A stretch of 64,000 nucleotides of DNA from an uncultured bacterium (GCA_964619725.1 CAZUFC010000009.1:32001-96000); one strand, 5' to 3'; positions 1 through 10,664 are shown, counted from the stretch's first letter. Notes: generated from the sequence alone by a model not told the origin. Program-made: numbers and translations.

Positions 1-1
1 A

Positions 2-3000
2 GACCATGTAATCGCGCCAGGTTTCGCCGGAACCTCCGCTGTCGTCCCTCAAACCGCCGTAACGGAATATGCAATGTTCGAGCTGATTGTTCTCCCCGGA
101 CAACCTGACATAACCCCAGTCTCCGTCGCGAGGATGCGTCAGTCCGCCGTCCCCGTTGGTATCCCCTATCGCTTCATCATCCCTGATCGAAGTGAAGTAG
201 ATGGGGTCCGCTTCAGTTCCTCTCGCATCCAGGTTGCCGTGAGCGATCATTCTTAATGTATATTGGTAACCGCCGGAATACGTTCCGTGATCGTAATCGA
301 GTTTCACAACCGTTCCGGGCTCCATCGTCAACGTCGCATCCGATCCTACCGTCAAGGTCGATATCACTGCATAAGCGACTTCATCCAATCCATACCAATG
401 AGCATCATGATCGATAGTCCCTCTGACCGCTATCGCCTGCAACGTATTACCCGTAATCGTGTTGTTTTCATATACCGGAGATGAATCGTCATACTGCCTT
501 ACGGGATAATTCGAATGACCGGTTATTACATTGTCGAAGAAACGGCAACGGCAATCGCTGAAATATATCCCCGTTTCTCCGTTCGTTATCTCGTTGCCCG
601 TTACGTAACTCTTGCCGCTGTCGTATATCTCAATTCCCGTTTCCGCTCCGTTTATCACATTATCCGTTATGTCCGGCGTTCCGTAAGGTTCGCCAGGCAA
701 CGAAGGCTCAACATAAATGCCGTTCCCGCAATCATCGATATCGTTGGCGCTTATCATGCCCAACTGTGATACTGGATTGCAGTTTATCGCCCATTCCGAT
801 AAATTCCTGAATACGTTGCCGGAAAGATTTATTTCCAGAGGCGGCCAGTAAACGTCACCTTCATTGTAATGGAATCCGTATCCTCCGTTTTCCACGTGAT
901 TATCCGTAAATTCGACATCCGCTGATACCGTGTCGTAATAAACGGATATGAAATCGCCTCCCCCGAAAATGACGTTTGAGTCCATCACGCTCGAATGCCT
1001 TATAACCGGCGAGCTTTCATAACACCAGACGGAATAGCATCGCCAGGTTTCGTCATCGCCGCTGTCGTCATCCCGCAGTCCCCCATAGCGGACTTCGCAG
1101 TAATCCATTACGCTTTCAGACTTTTCCAGCCTGATGTAACCCCAATCGCCCTCTTCAGGAGTCGTCAACGGACCGTCACCGTTCGTATCGCCGCCGGCGG
1201 AATCGTCGCGGATAGAAGTAAAATATATGCGTTCCGCAGCAGTCCCCTGAGCGAGCAACGTTCCGTGAACCGTCAAACATACTGTCTCTTCGTAACCGCC
1301 GCTGTGTTCCGTATGATCATATTCGAATTTTACGACTACCCCCGGCTCCACCGTCAAAGTCGCGGTCTCGCATATCGTCGTGTCGTCGTCCAGAACATAA
1401 GGACTTTCTGCTGTCGTCCATGTCGTATCCTCGCATATTTCACCAGAAACATGAGTTCCCGGAACCGGCGTATCAATAGGCGTTTCCGTCGGGATGACCG
1501 TGGCCGTCTCCAATACCGTCGGCGTCGAAGTTACGGTCTCCGGCGTAACCGTCGACGTCGGAACGTCCGTCGGCAACGGCGTCATCGTGATCGTCGGCTC
1601 TTCCGTCGGCGCAGCGGTCGGAACCGGCGTGAACGGGTCCTCGCCCAACCACGGCACGTAATCAATATAATCCGTGATATTGTCGCCGGCATCATTGTCG
1701 TTGTGAGACCCGCACGGTTCCTGTATGTCGGAATCATCATCCGGGCCGCCGGCGTCCCCCCACCAGTTGTCTTCCGCCGTTATGCACGTGTTGGTCGAAT
1801 TATACAATGACCAGTTTATGTTGCCTGAAAATTCATTCTCCGTAATATCCATATCCGTTATCGCTGACGGCGACAGATAAATGCCCGTTATGTTTTCATA
1901 AAACTTATTATACTGAAAAAGACTCTCCAACGGAGGCCATTGCGATGAACTCTCGCGGTAATATACGCCGATCAGGTTGTTCTTTACCAGGTTCCCGGTA
2001 AATGTTACCGGTTCGGAAACATTATTAAAATAAATCCCGTAACGGTCAGAACCGCCGTAATCCATATTGGAATCGGTTATCTCACAATAATTGATTTTCG
2101 CCGGTATCTCCTGACACCATACCATCCAGTTGCGCCAGGTCTCGCCGCTGCCTCCATCGTCGTCCCTCAATCCTCCGTAACGGATCACGCAATGCCTCAA
2201 CTCGCTCTCTTCACGGTACAATCGAATATATCCCCAGTCGCCGCCGTCAGGCTGAGTCGAACTTCCATCGGCATTAGTATCGCCGCCGATTTCGTCGTCC
2301 CGTATAGATGTGATGTAAATCGGATCAGATTCCGTTCCCACTGCCGTCAATATTCCGTTCGCCCTTATGCACCTCGTGTACTGATATCCGCCGTAATACG
2401 TCCCGTGATCATACTCCAGCTTGACTATTGCTCCCGGCTCTATCGTCAATGTCGCATCCTCATCAATCGTCAGCATGTCCGTTACAAAATATGGAATATT
2501 CTGCACGTTCGCCCAGTTCACATCGTCGATTATTTCGCCGCCGGCTATTATGCCGCGGTTCAAGTTGCCGCGGATGATGTTCGATGAATAAACGGGATAA
2601 CTGTTCCCATACTGCATCAATGCATAACCGTCATTGTCGATGATGCTGTTGGCCGTCACTTCGCACGCGCTTTCCGTCATATGTATGCCGTAACCGCAAT
2701 CCTCCACGATATTCTGCGCTATCTGAGTCATACCGCCGTTGTATATCCTCATTCCCGTTCCGCATCCGTCCAGATGATTGCCGGTTAACTCCGGAACGCC
2801 GTATTCCGGATCAGAGGAAACGCCCTTCACGTAAATGCCGCCGCCTTGATTGACTATCACGTTTTCGCTTACCTGCCCGGAATGAGAAATCAAATTGCAG
2901 TAAATGCCCCAATCCGTCCCGCCGGATATTTGATTGCCGCTTATGTCCGTCGTTAAACTCAACCACTCGTCCGACGGCTCCGTGTAATATATTCCATACC

Positions 3001-4687
3001 CGCCGCCCGTGATCGTATTACCGGAAAAAATCACGTTTTCCTCAACATTGTGGTAAAAAATCGTATAATACGGCTCGCTTCCGTAACTCGTATTCGAAGT
3101 CGTGAAAACGGAATTCGTCACAGAAGGCGACGATTGAAAGCACCAGACCATATAATTCCGCCAGGTTTCGCCGCTGCCTGAATCATCGTCGCGAAGACCG
3201 CCGTATTTGAATTCACAGTAATCCATAACGCTGGCTGAATCCGACAGCTTGATATACGCCCAGTCCCCCTCTTCAGGCTGCGTCGCGGTTCCGTCCGCAT
3301 TCGTGTCTCCTCTGATGGAATCGTCCCTGATCGATGTAAAAATTATGGGAGCGTCTTCAACCCCCTGCGCATCCAGGATGCCTTCCACCGTCATGCCGAC
3401 CGTATTCTGATATCCTCCTGAATATTCTTCATGATCATATTCGAATTTGATCGCCGCTCCCGGTTCGATCTGAAGAGTCGAACCCGCCGGAACTTCGTAA
3501 CTTGATAACACGACATAAGCCAGTTCATCGAAACCCTGCCATACGCCATGACTTATCGTCATATCACCTTCGACGGCAATCCCCAGTATATCATTGCCTG
3601 TAAAAGAATTGACCAGATAATATGGAAACGAATCGCCCACTTGATGCAACGGATAATCCGTATTTCCCGTGACGACATTCCCGATGACGCGGCAATTGCT
3701 GTCGTCGAAATACATGCCCTTCTCGCCGTTCATTACGTCATTGTAATAGACCAGCGCCGTTCCCCCGTCATGAACCTCTATCCCGGTATCTGCCCCGGAT
3801 ATCGAATTTTCGCTGATGTCAGGGACCCCATATGAATCCCCCGGTATCGATCCGTCAACGTATATTCCGCCCGCGCAGTCCGTGATCGTATTCCCGCTGA
3901 TCCCTCCATACATTGAAACAGGATCGCACTTGATTCCCCACCCTTCGCCGTTCTCAAACGCATTGTCGCTTATCGACGTTACCAGCGGCGGCCAGTAAAT
4001 GTCTCCCTCTGAATAACAGATACCGTCGCCGCCTTCCTGTATCTCATTTCCCGTAAAAGTTACAGACTCAGACACCCCGTCATAAAATACAGATATGAAA
4101 GGACTCTCGCCGTATGTCCTGTTGGACTGCTTCACGCTCGTATTCGTTATTACGGGTGAACTCTGACGACACCATATCGTATAATTGCTCCAGCTTTCTG
4201 ATGAATCCGCGTCGTCGTCACGCAATCCTCCATAACGAAATTCACAATAATTCAACACGCTCGCTGAATCGTTCAACTTCACATAAGCCCAGTCACCGTC
4301 CGCAGGCAGAGTCGCGCCGCCGTCTCCGTTCGTATCTCCCCCAACAGAATCATCACGGATCGACGTGAAATATATAATGTCCGCATCCGTTCCCTGAGCC
4401 TCCAAAATGCCGTTCACAACCATTCCAACAGTCGCTTCATAACCGTCGCTCGAAACCGTGTGATCGTATTCAAATTTTACGATTACTCCAGGCTCAATCG
4501 TTAATGCGGCACCAGAATCGACCGTTACAGTCGAATCTACAACATACGGAGAACCCCCCGTCGCCCATGTCGCATCAGAACCGATCGTACCCGATACATG
4601 CGTCTCCGCATTCGCTGCCGGCGCACTCAAAACGCCGAAAATTACGATTAAAAAAATCACCGAATTTACTCTCATCGAAAAACTCAT
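2..4687 (-). CDS. Large secreted repeat protein (right-handed beta-helix-like modules, Pro/Thr linker); 3' end outside window
   Basis: Manual translation from ATG at 4687 after a GGAGGAG RBS gives MSFSMRVNSVIFLIVIFGVLSAPAANA-ETHVSGTI (signal peptide). Frame spot-checked at 4687, about 3600 and 60, and it is the same. Repeated motifs PYV..TL.IEPG..VKF.YDH, FTSIRDD..GD...DG...P..GDW and YGGLRDD...ETW. Absent from the ORF track, consistent with having no stop codon in the window. Confidence 0.88.
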   Translation of the reverse strand, partial: MSFSMRVNSVIFLIVIFGVLSAPAANAETHVSGTIGSDATWATGGSPYVVDSTVTVDSGAALTIEPGVIVKFEYDHTVSSDGYEATVGMVVNGILEAQGTDADIIYFTSIRDDSVGGDTNGDGGATLPADGDWAYVKLNDSASVLNYCEFRYGGLRDDDADSSESWSNYTIWCRQSSPVITNTSVKQSNRTYGESPFISVFYDGVSESVTFTGNEIQEGGDGICYSEGDIYWPPLVTSISDNAFENGEGWGIKCDPVSMYGGISGNTITDCAGGIYVDGSIPGDSYGVPDISENSISGADTGIEVHDGGTALVYYNDVMNGEKGMYFDDSNCRVIGNVVTGNTDYPLHQVGDSFPYYLVNSFTGNDILGIAVEGDMTISHGVWQGFDELAYVVLSSYEVPAGSTLQIEPGAAIKFEYDHEEYSGGYQNTVGMTVEGILDAQGVEDAPIIFTSIRDDSIRGDTNADGTATQPEEGDWAYIKLSDSASVMDYCEFKYGGLRDDDSGSGETWRNYMVWCFQSSPSVTNSVFTTSNTSYGSEPYYTIFYHNVEENVIFSGNTITGGGYGIYYTEPSDEWLSLTTDISGNQISGGTDWGIYCNLISHSGQVSENVIVNQGGGIYVKGVSSDPEYGVPELTGNHLDGCGTGMRIYNGGMTQIAQNIVEDCGYGIHMTESACEVTANSIIDNDGYALMQYGNSYPVYSSNIIRGNLNRGIIAGGEIIDDVNWANVQNIPYFVTDMLTIDEDATLTIEPGAIVKLEYDHGTYYGGYQYTRCIRANGILTAVGTESDPIYITSIRDDEIGGDTNADGSSTQPDGGDWGYIRLYREESELRHCVIRYGGLRDDDGGSGETWRNWMVWCQEIPAKINYCEITDSNMDYGGSDRYGIYFNNVSEPVTFTGNLVKNNLIGVYYRESSSQWPPLESLFQYNKFYENITGIYLSPSAITDMDITENEFSGNINWSLYNSTNTCITAEDNWWGDAGGPDDDSDIQEPCGSHNDNDAGDNITDYIDYVPWLGEDPFTPVPTAAPTEEPTITMTPLPTDVPTSTVTPETVTSTPTVLETATVIPTETPIDTPVPGTHVSGEICEDTTWTTAESPYVLDDDTTICETATLTVEPGVVVKFEYDHTEHSGGYEETVCLTVHGTLLAQGTAAERIYFTSIRDDSAGGDTNGDGPLTTPEEGDWGYIRLEKSESVMDYCEVRYGGLRDDDSGDDETWRCYSVWCYESSPVIRHSSVMDSNVIFGGGDFISVYYDTVSADVEFTDNHVENGGYGFHYNEGDVYWPPLEINLSGNVFRNLSEWAINCNPVSQLGMISANDIDDCGNGIYVEPSLPGEPYGTPDITDNVINGAETGIEIYDSGKSYVTGNEITNGETGIYFSDCRCRFFDNVITGHSNYPVRQYDDSSPVYENNTITGNTLQAIAVRGTIDHDAHWYGLDEVAYAVISTLTVGSDATLTMEPGTVVKLDYDHGTYSGGYQYTLRMIAHGNLDARGTEADPIYFTSIRDDEAIGDTNGDGGLTHPRDGDWGYVRLSGENNQLEHCIFRYGGLRDDSGGSGETWRDYMV

Positions 4688-4791
4688 GAACTCCTCCCCC
4701 ATGAATTGTCTTCATCTCCCAAACGATGGAAAAACTATTTTTTGATCTACCAGAATCATTTTTCAATAAAATGAAAGGATTACCAATTATG

Positions 4792-4820
4792 ATAATAGGA
4801 ATAAATGTTCCTCATGTCAA
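4792..4820 (-). promoter_or_regulatory. Sigma70-like promoter for the large repeat protein
   Basis: TTGACA-17 bp-TATTAT on the minus strand, about 105 nt upstream of the ATG. Confidence 0.5.
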
Positions 4821-5030
4821 CAGCATGACCGAAAAATACCTTTTCTTTCTGCAAATGAACGCGAAACGCCCCATGCATGAACCGTTTCCGCATGGAATCT
4901 TTTCCACTCCCTTCATCTGAAATCGCTCTCATTTCTCAGAATAAGCGCAATGAGAGCCTTCAGATGCCGGCAGATTCATGACTTGGATTCGAGCAGGCAA
5001 TGCCGGCTCTTTCGATATGATATGCTCTTT

Positions 5031-6671
5031 TCAATCCGTCAGGTCGGTCTCCGGCACACCAGGCGCTTTTTCCTGAAGCCTGAACTGTTCAGAACGCTCC
5101 TTGATAACCCTCCGCAGCCAGTCCTGCGGATATCCTGAATCCTCAATCCCGCCATCCTCACTCTTGACATAACCGTCATTATATTTTGTTATCAACAATT
5201 TACAGAGCTCCCTCCACTCGTCAGCAACTATTTCCGCATGCGAAACCGAATAATCCGTCAGATATTGCACCATTAATTGAGGATTCGTCTCAAACAACTG
5301 CACAGCCGTTTTTTCCACTGCCGGTTGCAGTTCGATAAATTTTCCTTCCAATCTATGTTGAACCGCCTGGATTTCTTTGATCATAATGGAATATTTCAAA
5401 TTGGCGTAATTGGCCGCCAGGTTGAATATCCACCATGCGGAATCGGTTGAAAACTCGCTCAGATTCCCCGCAGCGAAGGAGGAAGGTATCTCATTATTGC
5501 AACAATAAAAAGGAATATAACAGGTGACGTAGGTGTCATCCAGACCGTACCAATATACGCCGCCGATGGGATCGGGAAGGCTGCTCCGGGATTGCGAGAC
5601 GAATGAGAAGGCTGTCTGCTGAGTCGAAACAGGCCGTTCCCAGGCGTATTCGACGTCGTTTGCAGTCCAGTGCATGGGGCGCCACCGGTAAGGTAATCCG
5701 TATGGCCCTGCATCAATTCCTTTCCTCATATCATAATCAGTTCCCTCAAAATGGTCCCGCATGAGATCGAAAACCTTCTTCAAGTCCAGCTTTTCATCCG
5801 GCCTGATCCAAAAGGGATAAGGCTCCGCATCTTCCTCGCCCCGGTAATAGGCCGGCGATAAATTCAACGAAGGAGCCGCCCGTCTGAAGATGCTCCACAC
5901 CCTGCCGTCCGTATAGCGACGGTTTTTCGGCGTCGCCGGGCAATACGCTTCGCAAAAACGAAACGTCCCATCCGTCTCAGGATCATAATAACCCTTTTCC
6001 ACAGCAAAAGAAATCACGTTTTCCGAGTAAAGACAGTTGTCAGGATCATCCATCGGAAAAGCGCCGATCCGCGCCTTGTTGGCATGACACGATATGAAAC
6101 CGTCAGGGACCTTCACCGCGACCCATACCGCTCCGGCGCCTCCCGGTCCGGGACCGATCATCTCCAGTATCCAGGCTTCATGCTTATCTCCAATGGAAAA
6201 AGTCTCACCCGTCGACCGGTAACCATGCTCCTCAACCAGACCAGTCATTACCTCAACCGCTTCCCGCGCCGTAGCCGCACGCTGCAGCGCCAACGACATC
6301 AAATCCCAGTAATGCAGCAGCCCGTCAGGATTCTGCAGCTCCTTCCGACCGTCGAAAGTAGTCTCCCCAATAACCACCTGATGCTCATTCATCAAACCCA
6401 TCACCGCATAAGTGTGACGAACCTGGTCAATCTCGCCCCGAACCTCGCCGGACCAGTCCTTTATCTCGAGCTTCTCCCCCTCTTCATAATCCGCAGCCGG
6501 CGTATAATGCAACCGAGGATGAAACTCGCCGTCGCAGGTATAAGTTATCATCACAGAACCGTCATCCGTTGCCCCGCTCGTCGCCAGTAAATTCGTGCAC
6601 CCCCAACCCTTGGGAATAAACAAAAGAAAACAAAAAATGACTGCCGGCGCCGATATTACCTCCTTTTTCAT
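5031..6671 (-). CDS. C69-family dipeptidase (Ntn hydrolase), secreted
   Basis: Likely start MKKEVIS at 6671 after AGGAGG. Signal peptide then CTNLL (N-terminal Cys nucleophile); NEHQVVIGETTF and LALQRAATAREAV motifs typical of peptidase C69. Confidence 0.85.
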   Translation of the reverse strand: MKKEVISAPAVIFCFLLFIPKGWGCTNLLATSGATDDGSVMITYTCDGEFHPRLHYTPAADYEEGEKLEIKDWSGEVRGEIDQVRHTYAVMGLMNEHQVVIGETTFDGRKELQNPDGLLHYWDLMSLALQRAATAREAVEVMTGLVEEHGYRSTGETFSIGDKHEAWILEMIGPGPGGAGAVWVAVKVPDGFISCHANKARIGAFPMDDPDNCLYSENVISFAVEKGYYDPETDGTFRFCEAYCPATPKNRRYTDGRVWSIFRRAAPSLNLSPAYYRGEEDAEPYPFWIRPDEKLDLKKVFDLMRDHFEGTDYDMRKGIDAGPYGLPYRWRPMHWTANDVEYAWERPVSTQQTAFSFVSQSRSSLPDPIGGVYWYGLDDTYVTCYIPFYCCNNEIPSSFAAGNLSEFSTDSAWWIFNLAANYANLKYSIMIKEIQAVQHRLEGKFIELQPAVEKTAVQLFETNPQLMVQYLTDYSVSHAEIVADEWRELCKLLITKYNDGYVKSEDGGIEDSGYPQDWLRRVIKERSEQFRLQEKAPGVPETDLTD

Positions 6672-6781
6672 GCACTTCCTCCTGTTGGATAAAAAAACGA
6701 TGCCCTGGTAAAATATATTAATTGAAGTCCGTCGATCAATACAATTATGGATAAAAAATTTCAGAACTCCCGCAGGCATGA

Positions 6782-6969
6782 TATCTCCAGTTTCTGTCCT
6801 CAACGGTCAATTTCCCTCAAGCTGCGTCAGGCTGCGGATTTGTTCAGTCAACGTATAACCAATAATCCGCTTACGCCAAGGCTTCAGCGCGACAGGCGCA
6901 CAGCCTTCGCAAATCCTTGCCTTAAAAAAAATCGGACCGTAAACTTTACGGACGCACCTGGAATGATAC
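6782..6969. repeat. Dispersed palindromic intergenic element, copy A
   Basis: Shares the core GCTGCGTCAGGCTGCGGATTTGTTCAGTCAACGTATAA and GCAAATCCTTGCCTTAA with 36421-36555; imperfect inverted ends. Confidence 0.6.
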
Positions 6970-7150
6970 CCAGCCCGTCATCTTTGGTACATCGGTCAGC
7001 TCTTACGTATAAAATTATTATCCTGGAATTGATCGAAGCAACAGGTTCAATCTCTGCAATTTTCCGCTGCAGAAAAATTTTATTTGAAATTCAAGCGGAT
7101 TTTTCTGATAATAATATTGGTTTTCACTTGGAAACTCGGGGAAATTTGTG

Positions 7151-8353
7151 ATGATTGACTTTCAGGAATCGATTAGAAAATTGCGGGAGGAAATTTCCGG
7201 CAGGATTGTGTCGTCGGAAAGAATTTCATTGTATGATTCTCTGGGAAGGATCGCAGCAGAGGAGGCGTTGTCGAGATTGCACATACCTCCCTTCAATAGA
7301 TCAGCTATGGATGGATTTGCCGTTCGGCAGAACGACGAGAGGGAAGAATACCGGATCGTTGAAACAATAAAAGCCGGCTCAGTCGGACGATCGGAACTTT
7401 TACCCGGAACATGCGTGAAAATTATGACGGGAGCGCCGGTTCCCGAACAAGCGGGGCGCGTTATCAAGGTGGAGGACACGGAAGATAACGGGAAATTTAT
7501 GAGGGTCATTCGTTTCTCTGGAGATCATAATATTGCCCATCGGGGAGAAGATATCCGGGAAGGCGAACGCATATTGAAACATGGTGAATTGATTGACATA
7601 GCTTCATTGCCGGTGTTGATATCCTGCGGTATAGAAGAAATTACAGTTCGCCGGCGCGTGAAGGTTTCCGTCCTATGCACAGGCAACGAGCTGGTAAAAA
7701 GAATGTCGGATTACCGTCCCGGAAAGATATTCGATTCCAACGGTCCGTTGCTGACCAATCTGTTTCGGATTTTCGGCGCAGATGTCGTAGTCAGCGACTG
7801 GATACCTGACGATTTGAACGAATCGATAAAAAAAATAAAACATGCCATATCCTGTTCCGATGTAATATGTCTATCGGGAGGAGTATCCGCCGGTGATTTT
7901 GATTTTGTACCGGAGGCTATGAAAGCATCCGGATTGACTATTCATTTTTCCAGAGTCAGGATCAAACCCGGTAAACCCATGACCTTCGCATCGGGAAACA
8001 GCGTCATAGCGCTGGGCTTTCCCGGTAATCCTGTATCCACATTTGTCATGTTTCACTTGTACGGGATGATGACTTTAATGGGGTTGCAGGGTCGCGAGAT
8101 TGCAGCCCGGCTGTTGTCTTTGCCTCTGGCTCTTGACTTCAGAAGGAAAAAAGCTGAGCGGACGGAGTTTATCCCTTCGCGTCTGGATGATCGCGGTAGA
8201 ATCAAACCTATGAGATATCACGGTTCCGGTCATCATGCTTCTTTGAGGAACATAGACGGTTTTCTGGTTATGGCGCCCGGTGCGAATTTCGCCGCTCAAA
8301 ATTCCCCGGCGCAATTTTGGCCCTTGAATGTATCGCCTTATGAGAAGGTCTAA
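7151..8353 (+). CDS. moeA: Molybdopterin molybdotransferase MoeA
   Basis: PPFNRSAMDGFA, IMTGAPVP, TGNEL, DSNG, SGGVSAGDFDFV, KPGKP and PGNPVS motifs. Confidence 0.95.
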   Translation: MIDFQESIRKLREEISGRIVSSERISLYDSLGRIAAEEALSRLHIPPFNRSAMDGFAVRQNDEREEYRIVETIKAGSVGRSELLPGTCVKIMTGAPVPEQAGRVIKVEDTEDNGKFMRVIRFSGDHNIAHRGEDIREGERILKHGELIDIASLPVLISCGIEEITVRRRVKVSVLCTGNELVKRMSDYRPGKIFDSNGPLLTNLFRIFGADVVVSDWIPDDLNESIKKIKHAISCSDVICLSGGVSAGDFDFVPEAMKASGLTIHFSRVRIKPGKPMTFASGNSVIALGFPGNPVSTFVMFHLYGMMTLMGLQGREIAARLLSLPLALDFRRKKAERTEFIPSRLDDRGRIKPMRYHGSGHHASLRNIDGFLVMAPGANFAAQNSPAQFWPLNVSPYEKV

Positions 8354-8355
8354 GA

Positions 8356-9156
8356 ATGATTGATCCGTTCGGTAGAAAAATTGAATTGCTCAGGGTTTCG
8401 GTTACAGATAAATGCAACTATCGGTGCCTTTATTGTATGCCGCCGGATGGCGTTGAGTTCATTCCGCACGAAGAGATACTGCGTTTTGAGGAGATTCGGG
8501 ATATTGTTTCCGTTGGCGTTAAATTCGGGATAAACAAAATCAGACTGACGGGAGGCGAGCCTCTGGTAAGAAAGGGCATTACGGAACTTGTTCGTATGCT
8601 GGCATCGATTGCAGGATTGAAAGAACTCGCTATGACGACGAACGGATCACTCCTGGCTCCTTTAGCCTCTGACCTGGCGCAATCCGGACTGCAGAGGGTC
8701 AACATCAGTCTGGACACCCTTGATCCGATTAAATTTAATAGATTGACCCGCGGGGGAAACCTGAACGATGTGCTGCTGGGAATTGATGCAGCGGTTAAGG
8801 CAGGATTGACGCCGATAAAACTTAATATCGTCGTTGATCCCGATGAAGGCGATACCGATGCCCGAATGGTGGAAAAATACGGACAGGACAACGGATTCAT
8901 CACAAGACGCATTCGAAAAATGGACATTCGCAAAGGCATATTCAGCGTAGTCGAAAACAGCGACAGGGGAAATTGTAAATGTTGCAATAGATTGCGCCTG
9001 ACTTCAAACGGTTACATTCGCTGCTGTCTTCTCTCAGACATTATGTTCGATGTAAGGAAGCTGGGGACTGATGAGGCGATTCGTCGCGGGATTGTTATGA
9101 AACCGAAAAAGGGAATAGGCACGAGAAATTCATCAATGAGCAGCATAGGGGGATAA
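8356..9156 (+). CDS. moaA: GTP 3',8-cyclase MoaA (short form)
   Basis: LRVSVTDKCNYRCLYCMP (radical SAM CX3CX2C), LTGGEPL, C-terminal CKCCNRLRLT..C cluster, ends in IGG. Confidence 0.93.
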   Translation: MIDPFGRKIELLRVSVTDKCNYRCLYCMPPDGVEFIPHEEILRFEEIRDIVSVGVKFGINKIRLTGGEPLVRKGITELVRMLASIAGLKELAMTTNGSLLAPLASDLAQSGLQRVNISLDTLDPIKFNRLTRGGNLNDVLLGIDAAVKAGLTPIKLNIVVDPDEGDTDARMVEKYGQDNGFITRRIRKMDIRKGIFSVVENSDRGNCKCCNRLRLTSNGYIRCCLLSDIMFDVRKLGTDEAIRRGIVMKPKKGIGTRNSSMSSIGG

Positions 9157-9160
9157 TGAC

Positions 9161-9610
9161 TTGAAAAAATTGACGCATGTCGATGGTGAGGGAGAAGTCG
9201 CCATGGTTGACGTAGCAGAAAAACGCGTGCAATTAAGAACCGCGGTCGCAACGGGTGAAATTATCTTGTCTAAGACAGCGAGGCTTTTGATCGATAAGGC
9301 ATTGATCAAAAAAGGGGATGTTCTCACGACTGCTGAAATCGCTGGTATTCAAGCCGCTAAAAGGACTTCAGAATTGATCCCTCTTTGTCATCCGCTTATA
9401 ACTGATCACATCAGCGTAAAAGCGACTTCCAACAAAACCGGAATTAACGCGACCGCCAGGGTCCGCTGTCACGGCCGTACGGGCGCTGAGATGGAAGCAT
9501 TAACGGCAGTGAGCGTCGCATTGTTGACGGTTTATGATATGTGCAAAGCCGTAGATAAATCTATGATAATTAAAGATGTCCATCTGGTTGGAAAGGAGAA
9601 AACAGATTGA
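9161..9610 (+). CDS. moaC: Cyclic pyranopterin monophosphate synthase MoaC
   Basis: LTHVD...MVDV, LIPLCHP, GAEMEALT and YDMCKAVD motifs. Confidence 0.95.
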   Translation: MKKLTHVDGEGEVAMVDVAEKRVQLRTAVATGEIILSKTARLLIDKALIKKGDVLTTAEIAGIQAAKRTSELIPLCHPLITDHISVKATSNKTGINATARVRCHGRTGAEMEALTAVSVALLTVYDMCKAVDKSMIIKDVHLVGKEKTD

Positions 9611-10539
9611 AAACCGTCTTCTCCATAGAATCCGTGAATATATCCAAAGAAAAAGGGATAATAAAAATCCCTGTAGAGAAGGCAACGGCAGTTGAGAGGC
9701 ATGGTCTTCAAGGGGATGCTCATGCCGGTCCCTGGCATCGCCAGATCAGTTTGCTGGCCATGGAACAAATTGAAGCTTTCGATTATAAGGATCGAAAGTT
9801 GAATCCCGGTGAATTCGCAGAAAATTTGACGACTCGCGGCATAGATTTGAAAAAGGTAGCTGTATTGGACAGGGTCATTATTGGCGACGTACAACTGGAA
9901 ATTACGCAGATCGGAAAAAAATGTCATTTCGGCTGCGCTATCTACAAGGAAATCGGAGACTGCGTTATGCCCAGGGAGGGTTTGTTTTCCAGGACGCTCT
10001 CCGGCGGATTGCTCAAACCGGGAATGCAGGCCGTCCATATCCCCCGAAGTCTCAAAGTTATGGTTATAACTCTCAGCGATCGTGCCTACAAAGGGCAGTA
10101 TGAAGACAGAAGCGGTCCTGAAGCGGAAAAACTGGTAACCAGTCACTACAAGGAGAAACGGGACCGCTTGATGATAAAAAGGATAATTCTGCCCGATGAT
10201 GCTGTGAGGCTGGAGAATCAACTCAAAAAGGCTCTGAAACAAGAACAGGATTTCGTCATAACGACAGGAAGTACAGGGATCGGACGACGTGATATCGCTC
10301 CTGAAGCGACGTCGCATTTCTGCGACAAACTGATACCGGGAATCATGGAGCATGCAAGAGTTAAATTCGGGGCACGCAAGTCCGGGGCGTTACTTAGTCG
10401 GGGTGTCGCAGCGGTTCGAGACGATATGGTCGTAATTAATCTCCCCGGTTCCGTCAAAGCGGTCAAGGAGTATCTTTCGGAAATATTGCCGCTTTGGGAC
10501 CACATGCGTCGAATGATACATGGAATCGATGCTCACTGA
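9607..10539 (+). CDS. MOSC domain fused to MogA/MoaB-like molybdopterin adenylyltransferase
   Basis: N-half: GDAHAGPWHRQISLL, GEFAEN, TQIGKKCHFGC (MOSC). C-half: TLSDR...EDRSGP, TTGSTGIGRRDIAPEA, LSRG, NLPGS (MogA). Confidence 0.9.
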   Translation: MKTVFSIESVNISKEKGIIKIPVEKATAVERHGLQGDAHAGPWHRQISLLAMEQIEAFDYKDRKLNPGEFAENLTTRGIDLKKVAVLDRVIIGDVQLEITQIGKKCHFGCAIYKEIGDCVMPREGLFSRTLSGGLLKPGMQAVHIPRSLKVMVITLSDRAYKGQYEDRSGPEAEKLVTSHYKEKRDRLMIKRIILPDDAVRLENQLKKALKQEQDFVITTGSTGIGRRDIAPEATSHFCDKLIPGIMEHARVKFGARKSGALLSRGVAAVRDDMVVINLPGSVKAVKEYLSEILPLWDHMRRMIHGIDAH

Positions 10540-10664
10540 AGCATGACGAACCGCTGATTGAATCGTAAAAGCTGCGATAGGGCTGAAATACGGAAAGGTC
10601 ATACGGAAGTGACGATTTACAGATATTTCAACCTGTAATACAAGAATCTTTTGAGAGGTTATCA

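Noticed and set aside
2-4687. Diversity-generating retroelement target/template repeats
   Set aside because: The repeats are diverged protein modules without an adenine-specific mismatch pattern, and there is no reverse transcriptase in the window.
74-4689. Numerous plus-strand ORFs of 60-271 aa in the track
   Set aside because: They are antisense shadows of the long minus-strand repeat gene; Arg/Ile-rich with no motifs.
6970-7150. Moco/Wco riboswitch upstream of moeA (also looked before tupA and fdh)
   Set aside because: No recognisable conserved riboswitch elements by eye; an Infernal search would be needed to exclude it.
6747-7151. 134-aa plus-strand ORF before moeA
   Set aside because: It runs through the palindromic repeat element and has no RBS or protein-like motifs.
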